64,000 bases of DNA from Hyphochytrium catenoides (GCA_900088475.1 FLMG01003788.1:1-64000), one strand, 5' to 3'. Counted from the first letter of the stretch, positions 37,582-49,816 are shown. The notes: generated from the letters alone by a model not told the origin. Numbers and translations: made by a program.

Positions 37582-38315
37582 TACATCTTTCGGCCACGGC
37601 GTTTACTAAGGCCGCCTTTTTAAACCGATGTGTCTTTACCGTCTCTCACCCTCTCTTTCTCTCTCTCTCTTTCTCTCTCCCCCTCTCTCTCTCTCTCTCT
37701 CCCTCTCTCTCTCTCTCCCTCTCCGCCATATCTGCGGTCGCGTGGCTATAGCCTTTCAGCTGTACCTGGTGCGTGAGCTTTGTGTGGAGAACATGTTATT
37801 CTTCAACGCAGTAACCAAGTTCAGGAAGGAACTCTGCCAAACAGGTGAGGGCTCCACACGTCCGCAATGTCTCTTCCCATGTGTTTCTTTTCCTGTATCT
37901 CTCTCTTTTTCTCTTTCTGTCTCTCTCTTCTTATCTCTTCGCGCTCCCTTCTTTCATATCTATCCTATTTTTTACTTCTTGTCTTGGTACGGTTCTGACG
38001 GGGGTGTCTGGCTGTACATGCTGGCACTTTCTTTCTCCTCTTCTTCTTCTTCTCTCACATCTCATATCTCTCTCTCTCTTTCTTCCTTTTCTCCCTCTCT
38101 TACTTTTCTATCTCCGTCTCTCTCTCTCCTTTGCCTCTCCTTTGCCTCTCTCTCGCCCTCTTCTCTCTTCTTCTCTTTCTTCCTTTTCTCTCTTTTACCT
38201 TTCTCTCCATTTTTCTCTGTCTCCCGCACACTCTCTCTCTCCTTTTCTCTCTCTCTCTCACTNNNNNNNNNNNNNNNNNNNNNNNNNNNNNNNNNNNNNN
38301 NNNNNNNNNNNNNNN

Positions 38316-38356
<41 letters not shown>

Positions 38357-38656
38357 GCTGAGGGGCGTAAAGCAGCCCAACAGCTGTGTGAGGAGTATAT
38401 CAAAGTTGGCTCTCCCTACGAAGTGAATGTCAGTCATTCCTGCAGAGTTCAGACCTTGAAGGCCGTGGACGGGCATCTCTCTTCCGGAGCGGGAGAGAAG
38501 AGAGAGACAGAAGGTCCCTTTCCTGCCCCGGATGTCTTCCAGCGGTGTGAGGAAGAAGTGCATAAGATGATGCTGGAGCCGTATCAGCGATTTGTCATGA
38601 GAAGAGCGTCCTCCGCTGATCTTAGCGCCATCGTCGCTAAGAGCAGGGAAGAATAG
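35426..38656 (+). CDS. 7TM-RGS protein (regulator of G-protein signalling fused to a multi-pass membrane domain), about 480 aa; exons 35426-36094, 36613-36852, 37324-37465, 37752-37844, 38358-38656
   Basis: All four GT-AG junctions are phase-compatible. The RGS box reads LREILL..AFQLYLVRELCVENMLFFNAVTKFR..AQQLCEEYIKVGSPYEVNVS..PDVFQRCEEEVHKMMLEPYQRF. The N-terminal half has multiple TM helices. Confidence 0.92.
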
Positions 38657-38716
38657 GGTGTGAGGGGGAGAGAGAGAGAGAAAGAGAAAGAGAGAGAGAG
38701 NNNNNNNNNNNNNNNN

Positions 38717-38749
<33 letters not shown>

Positions 38750-39126
38750 GTAATGGAGATGGTGGAGGAGGAAGACTGTGTATTATGTTAGGGTCATATA
38801 ATATATATTTTTTGGTATATTCAGCACCAGCTGGTTCTTCCAAGACGCACTGCCGCCTACCGCTCTCTCTTTCTCTTCTTCCCTGTCTTTCCTCTCTCGC
38901 CTCTCGCATTGCTGCTACAATTCAGTGAAGGCATCTCTTTCCTCTCTCTCTCTCTCTTTCGCTTTCTTTCGTTCTTCTATACTCTATTCTATGGCTGTGG
39001 AGGCGCTTGTGGCCGACCTTAGACGGGGCTCTTATCTTCTCCCTCTCTTCCTCTTCAAGACCATCACCGTCTTCCTTCTCTCCATACCATAATGTCCCTC
39101 TCTCTACTCTTCCTTGTTTCCCATCT

Positions 39127-39162
<36 letters not shown>

Positions 39163-39595
39163 TAACTCTCTGTCATAGAGAGAGACTGAACGTCTTAAAG
39201 AAAGAGACAGAGGAGAGACACGAAAGGAAAGACAAAGACCACCTCCTGACAGAGTCACTGGTTCTATCATAATTTAGTAGATGAGAAAGAGAGACTCGCC
39301 TGCGTTGACCCTTGTTTCTCTTTCACTTCTTGTGCTCTCTCTTCTTCTCTCTTCCTGCGCTCTTCCACAAAAAGTCTATGATGCCCTCTCTTTTAATGCT
39401 CTGCTCTCTCTCCTGCTCTTCATTCTCTCTCTCCTCTTTTCGCTCTCTCTTCTATCTCTTGTTTCTCTTTGTTCCCAACATTGGGGAGAGAGAGAGGGAG
39501 TGAGAGAGAGAGAGGGAAGGAGAGAAGAGCAAGTAAGCGAATGGAAAAGGACAGAGAGAGAGAGTCCATGATCAACCATCTTTGGCCAGGTCTTC

Positions 39596-41484
39596 CTACT
39601 CTCTCTCTTCCCAAAGAGAGAGAACTCTCGCGGTAGAGAGAGGCTCGGCGGAGAGAGCGGAGGAGAGAGATGCCCGTCTTCCAGGGGAAAGCCCACTGCT
39701 GCTGCCACCAGGGATGGAGAGAGAAGAGAGAGGAGGGGCAGGGGAGAGAGAGCTGATCGCTGCTGAGAGAGAGAGGGAAGTTGATCCCAAAGAGGATCGC
39801 CTTGTTTCTGAGGAAGAGGAGAGAGAAGAGAGAGGTGCAGCCTGACAGGAAGAGAAAGTAGCCGGTGGATCTGGAGAAGAGAGACTCTTTCTGTGTCGAG
39901 GAGGTGAAGAGAGAGACTCTCCGGCTCCGGAAGAGAGAGGAGGAGGAAAAGGAACGTCGATTGCAGGAGGAGAGAATGAAGAAAAAGAAGGAGAAGACGG
40001 CATAATAGGAGGAGAGAGAGAAGAAGAAATGGGAGGAGGAAGAGTGAAATCAGCAGTTTTATACGGGGGAGAGAGTGAGAGAGAAGGAATACCGGATGAA
40101 GTGACGGGAGAGGAAGCAGAAGCAGAGAGAGAAAGAGGAGGAGGAGAGAGAGAAGAAGAGAGAGACGACGAAGAGGACGGAGCAGGAGAAGAGAGAAGAG
40201 GCACCTCCAGGACTCTCATCCGGCTCCTCAGTAAAACACAGTCATTGGGATGCTGGAAGGCCAAGAAAGTCGCTTTCCCCATGAGCATCAGGACCGAAAG
40301 GCCTCGATTTAAACAGAAGTCCACCACGGACATCGTCCACATCTCTCTCTCTCTCTCTCCTCCCTCTTCCCCGTCTTCCACACAGACTCTGTCTTCTCTC
40401 TCTTCCACCAACAGCCGTCCGTCCCGTAAGTCGATCCTGTAGGAACACATGTGAGGAGGGAGACCGAGGTAGATGAGAATGAGATAAGAAGAGAAAAGAG
40501 ACACCAGATGATCAGCGCGACTCTCATACTCTTTCTCACGGCCACAGGATAGCTGTCATACATGAGAAAGGCTTGAGAGAAAGAGAAGACAAGCGTGAAC
40601 GAGAAGAGCCACGCGGAGAGAGAGAAACAGAAGACGCCTGCAATGGAGAGAGAGAAGAGAGACATCTCTGCAAGAAAGAGCAGCGCGTCCACTGTTCCTA
40701 ATGACCGAGAAAGAAGAGCGAGATTCCAGAGAGAAGACTGCCGAAGAAAGAGAAAGGCCGCGCAGAAGACATGAGGGAGAACCAGCATCTGTCTCTCTCT
40801 CTCTGTCATCGGAAGTAATAGATAACAATAGTAAATGGTGCCTCCGGAGAAGAAGAGAGAGAAAGAGAGAAGACTGCTGCTCATGACTTTTCTCCATCGC
40901 CACCAAAAGAGAAAGAAGTCTCTCCCGAAAAAGCCTTCCATCACGGAGACGTTGCTCTCTCTCTCTGTCAGCTCTGTGTAGGTGCGGACAGGAGTCATGA
41001 AGAGAAGCCTCTCCTTTCGCATTCTCCCTTCTTTCTCTCTTTCTGTTTTCTTCTCTCTTCCGGTCTTCCCCTCCCTCTCTCTCCTTTTATCGTCTCCCCT
41101 CTTTGTCGCTTGTGAACGCTGTGTCTCTTCCTTAAAAATGCCGATGCGAGACTCCTTGTCCTCTTTCTTTGGAGAGAAGAGAGAGAGAGACTGTCCGATG
41201 CTGTTTTTCTCTGGTTCTTCGTCTGGAAGAGATGGAGAAGGGAAGACACGCCTGTTGTCTCTCTCTTCTGTTTTGTTTCTCTCTTCTCCTTCTCTTCCTC
41301 TTCTTCTCCTCTCGTCTTCTTCTGCTCCTGCTCCTCGGAGAACATTGTCAATTTCTTCTCTCGCTTGAGAGAGAAACTTCTTGGAAGAATGGTTCAGAGG
41401 AGGACGCGTGCGAAGATGCTGCGTCAGCTTGAGAGAGAGCGTGCACGTGGTGCAAGAGAGATCTTCTACAAGTGGAGAGATCAT
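39596..41484 (-). CDS. Uncharacterised ~6-TM membrane protein, family copy B; one apparent 1-nt frameshift near 40500 (pseudogene or sequencing error)
   Basis: ORFs 40309-41628 and 39596-40504 supply the N- and C-halves of the family alignment (AREEIDNVL, ESNVSVME, YDSYPVAVRKSMR | IYLGLPPHMCSY, DFCLNRGLSVLMLM, HPNDCVLLRSR). Adding one base restores the W-x11-Y spacing of copies C and D. Confidence 0.85.
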
Positions 41485-43238
41485 CCTCCTTATCCAAGAG
41501 AAGGGGGAGGACAAGAGAGAGAAGAGAGAGAGGGAGAGAGAAAGAGAAAGGGAACGGAGGGGAAGGAGAGAGAGAGAGACCGCTGGCGCCGTTGCTTTCC
41601 TCTCTAGATCTTTGGCTTGAGGTGTCAATCAACGTATAGACATCTCTCCTTCTTCTATAGAAGAAACGAGAAGCCAGGAAAGAGAATCAAGCAGAAGGCG
41701 GAGAAGAGAGAAGAGAAAAAAGAGTAATAAAGAGACAGAGAAAAGAGGTTTGAAGAGAGCGTAAGTTAAGATTTCTGTCGTCTGCCGCGAGTGGCCGCGG
41801 TGGGGCCTACCAAGGGGAACATTAGTCGTAGATTGGTGTCTGTGTCTCTTCTTCTTTCTGTCTCTCTCTATCTCTTTCGTCCTCTCTCTCTCTCTCTCCT
41901 CTATTATCCCAGTGTCAAATCTAACCACCGCATCAGCAGTTTTCTCCCTCTTCTTTCTCTCTCTCTATTTCCTCTGCCCTCCTCTTCCTTGCGTACCTTT
42001 TGAGTGACCAGTGATGACGAGGGACACGGGGACAGGAGAGGGAACAATGAAGCCAAACTTATACACGGAGAAAGACAGAGAAATGAGAGAAATGGTGTCA
42101 AGTGCGAGACGGAAGAGAGAAGCCAGGACACTGCAGTTTGGTGTGAAGTCAAGTGATTGGAGGGCAGAGAGAAAGCAAGCAATAGATAGTTCTGAGAGCG
42201 GGAGAGAAAGGAGAGAGAGAGGGAAAGAGAGAGAGAGAGGGTAAGAGAGAGAAGAGAGTGGGAGGGAGGGAGAGAGAGACAGAGAGAGACACAGAGAGAG
42301 AGACAGAGAGAGACACAGAGAGAGAAGAGACACACAGAGAGAGAAAGAGACAGAGAGAGAGACACACAGAGGGAGAGAGCGAGAGAGAGAGAGAGAGAGG
42401 GAGAGAGACACTTTGATGAGGGGGTCCCAGAGCAAAAAAAAGATGCGTAGACATAATACCGAATAATGATATTGTTTATGTGATATACCTGGCATTTTAT
42501 TCCTAACATGAACGACCGTTACATGTGTGGAGGGTCATGAAGTGCACTCGTCATCTCCTACTGTCACCTGCTGGCTGACAATATTGGTCTTCTGGCTCCT
42601 GTTGCTTCCAATCAATGACTCTTCTTTGTGAGAATCAGAAGATGATGATGGACCCAACAACCACCAATCGGCAGCTCGCTGCCTAGTAGTTATTAATCAT
42701 CAGCAAGGCGAAGGCTGCCGGCGAGCCAAGGGCGGTAGAGGAGTAAGAGTTATTATGCCACTACTTATATTTTTAGAAATTGCTGTTATTAATAATAGTG
42801 GCACTATGACGCTGAATGAATGAAGTTGGTGAGGTTGTCCTTCTCCTTCCATCATCATCTAGATATGACGAGCTGATCGCTATCATCATCATCACTGCTT
42901 GTTGTTACGGTGTGGTGGGTGGTGTGGAGGTGGTTAAGATGTGTTGCCTGCTGCTGCTGCTGCATGCTGTTCTTCATTAGTGTGGCAGGAAAGAAGGCGC
43001 AATACCATCACCACCACCACCACCTCCTGCTGCTGCTTGTGGTGCCTCTACGTGCTGCGCAGTAGTAGTATACACCTGCCATAGGTACTCATTGTTCGCC
43101 AACTATGACGCTGCCCTTCTTCTCTGTTCTACTACCACCTCTTCTTTTTCTCAAATTCACTATAATCTTGTAATTTTATGTTGATTGGTGTTGTGGTCCT
43201 AGATATTTTTTGGCGGCTGCTGTCGTCGAACGGACCAA

Positions 43239-43296
43239 CACAGAAGGAGAAGAAGGAGGAGTGTCCCATCACAGAAGGAGAAGAAGGAGGAGTGTT
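43239..43296. repeat. Short direct repeat (2 x ~31 bp)
   Basis: CACAGAAGGAGAAGAAGGAGGAGTGT occurs twice in tandem. Confidence 0.7.
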
Positions 43297-44539
43297 CCCT
43301 TCTCCCAAATGATGATGATATTATAACATCATCACATAAATAATCTAGAGGAGGAGGAAGAAGAAGGCATATTGATAAGGAGGTAGTAGCGGCGTGCGTG
43401 GGGCGGCTGCGCGATAAATAGTTTCTGCTAGGCTGCTGTTATTATCCTGAAGAAGAAGAAGAGACTGCTTGCTCGAGCTGCAGCGGCCGCCGCCGCCGCT
43501 GCCCTACCTGCTGGCAGTAGTGCACGTAGCGCTCAACTCAACGCTTGTTGGTTGGAAACTTTATTCGTTCCTAGTAGTTAGACTTGCGAGAACCCAAGAA
43601 TTGAGCATGGCGGCCAAGTAATTCAAGTATATCTACAAGTACCCGTCCTGCAGCAGATATCTCCTTGTGATTTTGGTACTTACTGTCTGTCACTACTCCT
43701 TCAAGTACAAGTTTTTTTTGAGACTTGTGTTCTTAGCCATCGTCGTTATTCTCGGGTTTTTATAATAATTGGAGATGGCTTTGAGAGTGTCAGAGTATTC
43801 CAGGTACTAAAACTCCCTGTTCAATTAAGTGCCACCCTAAGTTCGGGTGTACTACTTTCGGCTCTGTCACTGTATTGTTGTACCTGTAAAAACCCCAGCG
43901 TTATCTATAAAAACCCTTTACTTGGTGACAAAACGCAGACTCCAACAGCTGGGAAAAGGCGAGCTGCCAGCTGTGAGTCGAGCTCCTATCACTCCCTCCA
44001 AACGCAGACCATAAGGCAAATAACAGTATCCTTTACAGGGCTGTTAAAATGAAAGACACAAGCTTTTCAAACCTCAAACGTTGATTATGACCCGCTCTGT
44101 CTGGTGGTATCCGTTTATGTGCCACACTCTTGTTCCTTCGTTGTCTCTTGGTTCAAGAATCAGACACACAACCATTTGTTCCAAACCCACAGTCTCATTA
44201 TCCCACCCAAACTACAGACAAACGCGGTGAGATAACTCACACACGCTTTACTACATTCCCTTGACAACATTCTTTGGCCCCATCTCCTCTTCCTCTGTCT
44301 CTCTCTTAACCCGTCCCTTTCTGCCGTACGTTGTCTCTCACTATCCTCTGTCTTGGTGCTTCCTCCCTGTCTTCCATCTTTTCTCTCTCTCTCTCTCTCT
44401 CACTCTCTTTTCACTCTCTCTCTTTCTCTCTCTCTATCGTTCTCTCTTCCCTCTCTCCTCTCTCTTTTTCTCTCTCCTCTCTCTTTTTCTCTCTCTCTCT
44501 CTTCTCGCCCCTTGTTTCTAACACACACCCACATTCTCG

Positions 44540-44611
<72 letters not shown>

Positions 44612-44612
44612 C

Positions 44613-44939
44613 TTTCTGGATCATCAGGACCAGCTGGCAGGAAAAACGACTCCCTAAGGTTGTGGCTGGATTGTGATTGCCAACGGCACAACAGGGAAGA
44701 TCATGCAGTGGTTCTACTCGTATTCACCAGAGTCCAAAAGATCTTCTTCTTTCTCTCTCTCTCTCTCTCTCTCTCTTTTCTCTCTCTCTCGCTCTCTCTC
44801 TCCCTCTCTCTTTTCTGGATCATCATGACCAGCTGGCAGGAAAAACGACTCCCAAAGGATGCGGCTGGATTGTGATTGCCAAGGGCACAACAGGGAAGAC
44901 CATGCAGTGGTTCTATCACCATGAGTCTAAAAGATCTTC
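44613..44939. repeat. Direct duplication of a ~130-bp unique unit separated by a CT microsatellite
   Basis: 44613-44746 and 44812-44939 share TTTCTGGATCATCA.GACCAGCTGGCAGGAAAAACGACTCCC..GCTGGATTGTGATTGCCAA.GGCACAACAGGGAAGA.CATGCAGTGGTTCTA..AAAAGATCTTC. Confidence 0.9.
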
Positions 44940-44963
44940 CTTCCATCACATCTCTCTCTCTCC

Positions 44964-45041
<78 letters not shown>

Positions 45042-45488
45042 CAGCATCGCTTGTATTGTAAGTGGGACACAGAGCGGGAGACAGTATCCTCAACAACTAT
45101 CACCAGCTCTCAGCTGGTCACAGATTGGAGAACCGAACTGAAGGGAGAAGAGAGAGGAGAGAGACAAGGAGAGGACCTAAAAGACGGGGTGGATACTACT
45201 CCCGCACTCGCCCTTCTCCCAGTCCTTAGTCTTAAATTTTCCCGCTCCATAAGAAGACAGAAATAGCCTCATCATCATAAGCTTCAAAAGTCTCTCTCTG
45301 TATCACCGTTAATACTTATCCTCTCCTACTACTCATTGCCAACTAAGTCATTTCTCTCTCACTCTTTCTCTCTCTCTCTCTCTCTTTCGTTCTGTCTCCG
45401 TGTCTCGCCCCTTCCATCAGATCTCTCCGAATCTCTTTATAATATCTCTCCGGCGTAGGCTCTGCCACCTATCTCTTCCTCGCGCAGC

Positions 45489-47387
45489 ATGGCCTCTTCC
45501 TCGACCGCCAAAGCTCTTCGCATTCTTATCGTTGGAGGTGTTGCAGGTGGAGCCTCTGCCGCCGCTCGGGCTCGCAGACTCTCCGAATCCGCGATCATCA
45601 CGATCCTGGAGAAAGGGCCGTACATTTCCTATGCAAACTGCGGTATCCCGTACCACCTCGGCAAGGTTATTCCTAATGAATCTGATCTGATTCTTCAGAC
45701 GCCCAAAGCGCTCGGCGAGAGATTCAACCTGGACGTGAAGATCAACACGGAGGCCATTGCCATTTCTCCTGAGAAGAAGACGGTCTTGGCGCGGAACCTG
45801 GAGACACAGGAGGAGAGAGAGATCCCCTATGATAAGCTGATTCTCTCTATGGGCGCGCAGAGCATCGTCCCCTCCCTCCCAGGGACAAATCTCGATGGCG
45901 TGCTTTGTCTGCAGACCATCCCAGATCTTCAGAAAGTAAAAGAGAGAATCGACAGAGTTGGGGCGCGGTCTGCGGTGGTCATCGGCGGCGGGTTTATCGG
46001 CTTGGAAGCCGTAGAAAATCTGGTACATTTGGGTCTGAAGGTGACGCTCATCGAGAAGAATAACCAGGTGTTTATGCCTTTTGACCCAGAAATGGCTGCG
46101 GCTGTGAGGCGGGAGCTCGAGAAGAACGGCGTTGACGTCCGCCTCGGAGTAGAGTTCACAGGCGTGGAGAAGGCAGGGCGAGATGGGGAAGAAGAGAAAG
46201 AAGAAGAGAAGACAGGCAGTCTCTTGGTGCGGTACAAGTCTTCCGGAAGAAGAGGCAAAGAAGCAGGGCAGAATGGGGATCATCATCTAGGAGAGGAGAG
46301 CATTGCCACGGACCTCGTTCTTATGGCGATAGGGGTCAGGCCACGGACAAAGCTAGCGGAGAAGGCAGGCGTAAAGATAGGAGAGAGAGGCATCAAAGTA
46401 GACCGCTTTATGCGGACAAACGTGCCAGATGTCTACGCCATTGGCGACCTGGTCGAGGTCACGCAGCCCCAGCTCGGGACCTCGGTCTACATCGCTCTCG
46501 CTGGGCCCGCCAATAGACAAGGAAGGCTTGTGGCCAACCACATCTTTGGAGAGGAGAAGGAGGAGAAGAGAGGAGGGGAAGAGAAAGAAGAGAAGAAAAC
46601 AAAGAAAGGCTATCGAGGCACAATGGGCACAGCGATCTGTAAGGTCTTCGGGGTCAACGCTGCCTCCACGGGTCTCTCGGAGAAGGTTCTCTCTCGGGCA
46701 AAGATTCCTCATCGCGCCATCGTTGTCCACCCTAACAACCACGCAGGATACTATCCAGGTGCGAGACAGATGGCGCTTAAGCTTATCTTTAACCCTGAGG
46801 ACGGGGGAAGAGTCCTCGGAGCCCAAGCCGTGGGAGGAGAAGGTGTTGACAAGAGAATTGACGTTCTCTCTCTCTCCATCCAAGCGGGTTTCTCTGTCTT
46901 TGACCTGGAAGAAGCAGAGCTCGCTTACGCGCCGCAGTTCTCTTCTGCGAAAGATCCTGTTAATATGGCTGGATTCGTCGCCTCTAACTCGTTAAGAGGA
47001 GAGTACCACGCTATCCGCGCGCCAGAGCTTCTCTTCTCTCTCTCCGGAGAGGAGAGAGAAGATGGGGAGAGAGGAGAAGAGAAGAGAAAGAGAGAGAAAG
47101 GAGAAGCTTTCCAGATTGTGGATGTGCGGACAAAGGGAGAGTTTGAGAAAGGCTTTATCCCTGGCGCCATCAATATCCCGATTGACCAACTGAGAGAGAG
47201 AGTGGGAGAGCTCTCTCTCTCTCTCCCGACAGTCACTTACTGTCGCGTAGGCTTCCGCGGGTACTTGGGCTATAGGATCCTTCGGCAGCAAGGGTTCGAG
47301 AGAGTGTACAACCTGGACGGAGGGATGAGGACCTGGGATGAGTTCTATGAGTTCCCTACGGAGCGCCCAGGAGAGAGGAAGAAGTGA
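45489..47387 (+). CDS. cdr: CoA-disulfide reductase-rhodanese fusion (CoADR-RHD / NADH-dependent persulfide reductase type)
   Basis: 632-aa intronless ORF with GGVAGG FAD site, SYANCGIPY redox Cys, IGGGFIGLE nucleotide site, YAIGD, LAGPANRQGR, YAPQFSSAKDPVN, and a C-terminal rhodanese domain DVRT..EF..G.IPGAINIP..YCRVGFRG..NLDGG. Confidence 0.95.
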   Translation: MASSSTAKALRILIVGGVAGGASAAARARRLSESAIITILEKGPYISYANCGIPYHLGKVIPNESDLILQTPKALGERFNLDVKINTEAIAISPEKKTVLARNLETQEEREIPYDKLILSMGAQSIVPSLPGTNLDGVLCLQTIPDLQKVKERIDRVGARSAVVIGGGFIGLEAVENLVHLGLKVTLIEKNNQVFMPFDPEMAAAVRRELEKNGVDVRLGVEFTGVEKAGRDGEEEKEEEKTGSLLVRYKSSGRRGKEAGQNGDHHLGEESIATDLVLMAIGVRPRTKLAEKAGVKIGERGIKVDRFMRTNVPDVYAIGDLVEVTQPQLGTSVYIALAGPANRQGRLVANHIFGEEKEEKRGGEEKEEKKTKKGYRGTMGTAICKVFGVNAASTGLSEKVLSRAKIPHRAIVVHPNNHAGYYPGARQMALKLIFNPEDGGRVLGAQAVGGEGVDKRIDVLSLSIQAGFSVFDLEEAELAYAPQFSSAKDPVNMAGFVASNSLRGEYHAIRAPELLFSLSGEEREDGERGEEKRKREKGEAFQIVDVRTKGEFEKGFIPGAINIPIDQLRERVGELSLSLPTVTYCRVGFRGYLGYRILRQQGFERVYNLDGGMRTWDEFYEFPTERPGERKK

Positions 47388-49777
47388 CGCACCGCCTCTT
47401 TCTTTGCCTCCCTCTCTCTCTCTCTTTCGATCTCTCTTTCTCTCCCTCTCTCTGTTTCCTCCGTATTCACCGATAATTTTAGGCGCTTCTCCTTTGCTAT
47501 CTATCAATCTCTTCTTCTCTCTCTCCACTCTCGCTCTTCTTATCCTCTCTCTCTCTCTCTTTCTCCCTCTCTCCGTTTGTCTCTAAATCCAATGTAAATG
47601 ATAAACGGGTTATTAAGGAAAAGGAAAATATGTCACTCAGAAGAATCTACTTCTTTCCTGACCCGAAGCGCTTTTTTCTTTCTCGCCCCTCCTCTTTCTC
47701 TCTCCTCTCTCTCTCTTCTGTCTCTCTCTTTCCTCTTTGGCGCAACAACATTTGCAGGAGGGAGGAGAAAAATGACAGCTCAAAATGATTCTTCCTTTGC
47801 TAGTTCAACGCATTTCTCTCTCTTTCTTTCTTTCTCTCTCTCTTTCTTTCTTTCTTTCTCTCTCTTTCTCGCTTCTCTCTCTTTCTCTGAGTCCCTGGCC
47901 CACGTTTCCTCCCGTGCACCTCAAGCTGATTCTACTAGAGGACAATTGGAAGAAGAATGGGCATTATCGTTGATTATTACTCGGACGGCCTCTTAGGTAT
48001 CTCTCTCTCTTCCTGTGTCTCCCGCATTATACTCTGTCTCTCTTGCTCTTCCGCTCTGTCTTTCAACTTTAGTTTTCTAGCATTGTGGGCCGGCCCGCTT
48101 TCTCTCTCACTCTCTCTCTCTCTCTCTCTCTCTTCCTCTCTCTCTCTCTCTGCCTCTCTCTGCCTCTCTCTCTGTCTGTCTCTCTGACTCTCTCTCGCTC
48201 TCTCTGTCTCTCCCGTCTAGTGTCTCTCTCCTCTGCTTGAGTGCAGCGGACCTAGTGTCTCTCTTCTCTCTCTCTTCTAGAATCTCTCTCTCATCGGTCT
48301 CAGAGAGAGAGAGGAAGGAGAAAAGAGGTACTCCGCAGGAAACGCGAGAGAGAAGAAAGAGGTGAGAAATGAAGGCGCCGGAAAAGTTGAACAGAAAAGC
48401 CGAACGAGCTGATACAAGAAGAGAACGCGTAAGACTTGCATCATGCACATCCGGCAGAGAGAGAGAGAGAGAGAGANNNNNNNNNNNNNNNNNNNNNNNN
48501 NNNNNNNNNAGAGAGAGAGAGAGGGAGAGAGTAGAGAGTAGAGAGAGAGAAAGGCGGTGAGAGGAGGGAGAGAGGAGAGGAGAGAGAGCGAGAGCGAAAA
48601 CAAGGGACAGTACACGTAAGAACAGCAAAGCCAAGGAAACCTTTCCAGACCTCCCCTTGTAGTTGAGATGGCACCTTGAGCATAACCACGCTGGAACTTA
48701 ACTGTTAGTACTTTGCCTCTCTGGATGTTCCGGTCCCTTTAGACAGACTAAGGAGTGCCCCTTTCTTGTTGAAGGTTGATATGTAACGACCGTTTCTATA
48801 TAGAATCTGCATGGAGATATTAATGTTAGAGAGGGTTTTATTATAGATATGTATGCGCCCACCCTCTAGGAGATTCCTACAAGTAGTGCAGTCCGGGTTC
48901 TGGCAGTTCCTCTCTTCCTCTCTCTCTCNNNNNNNNNNNNNNNNNNNNNNNNNNNNNNNNNNNNNNNNNNNNNNNTCTCTCTCCTCTCTCTCTCCCTCTC
49001 TCTCTCACATACACACACTCTCTTTCTCTGTGAATCACTACTAGTTGCCCTCTGCTCTCCAACCACCGCGCTTTCTGTCTTTCTCATTGCTTCAGAACTT
49101 TTGATTCATGTCTACGCCTGTCCTCTCTTCCTTCTCTGTCGCCTTCCCCTTGTTTCTCTCTCTTTATGATCTCTCCTAGTAATATTCTCTTCTCCCTCAC
49201 CATGGCTCTCTTCTCGGTCTCTTCTTAACTGCTTCCTCCCTCCTGACCGCACTGCTCCCGTCAACCTCTCTTTCCTTCGGGACTTTTCTCTCTTTCTTCC
49301 TTTGTCACTTTTCCTCTCCTCCCAGGCTGTTTGAGCTCCTGCCTTTCTCCTTTCCTGCCTGGTGATCGTTTTTCTCCATCACATTCCTCCTTCTGCCCCC
49401 CTTCTTCCCCCGTCTAGTCTCTCTCTCTCTCTTTTTTCCTTCTCTCTCCTTTAGTCTCCCTCACTCTCCCATTTCCATCACTCTATTTTCTCTCCATACA
49501 TCTAGCTACGGTCTATACGTACATCGCGAGCACTTGGTGCTGATGATGGAGCCTCGATCTGAGACAGCCCATCAACAAAGAAATCCAACTCTGTCTCCGC
49601 AGATCTTGGCTAGGGTACTCGCCATGAGCTCTGCTGGCTTTCCCTGTTTCTCTTCTTCTCTGCTGCAGATGTCTCTTGTTTCCCTCTCTCATTCTCTCGC
49701 TGCATTGTTGGGACCTTTGAAGGAAGAGAGACGCTAGATATATGGCGAGGTTCATCGCGTTCCCTGGTTACAGCTTT

Positions 49778-49816
<39 letters not shown>

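Noticed and set aside
2121-45311. Recurrent TAACGG/CCGTTA (Myb-type) hexamers upstream of several genes (e.g. 2121, 4219, 10100, 25938, 33834, 42516, 45306)
   Set aside because: About a dozen hits at variable distances is not clearly above chance for a 6-mer without a background model.
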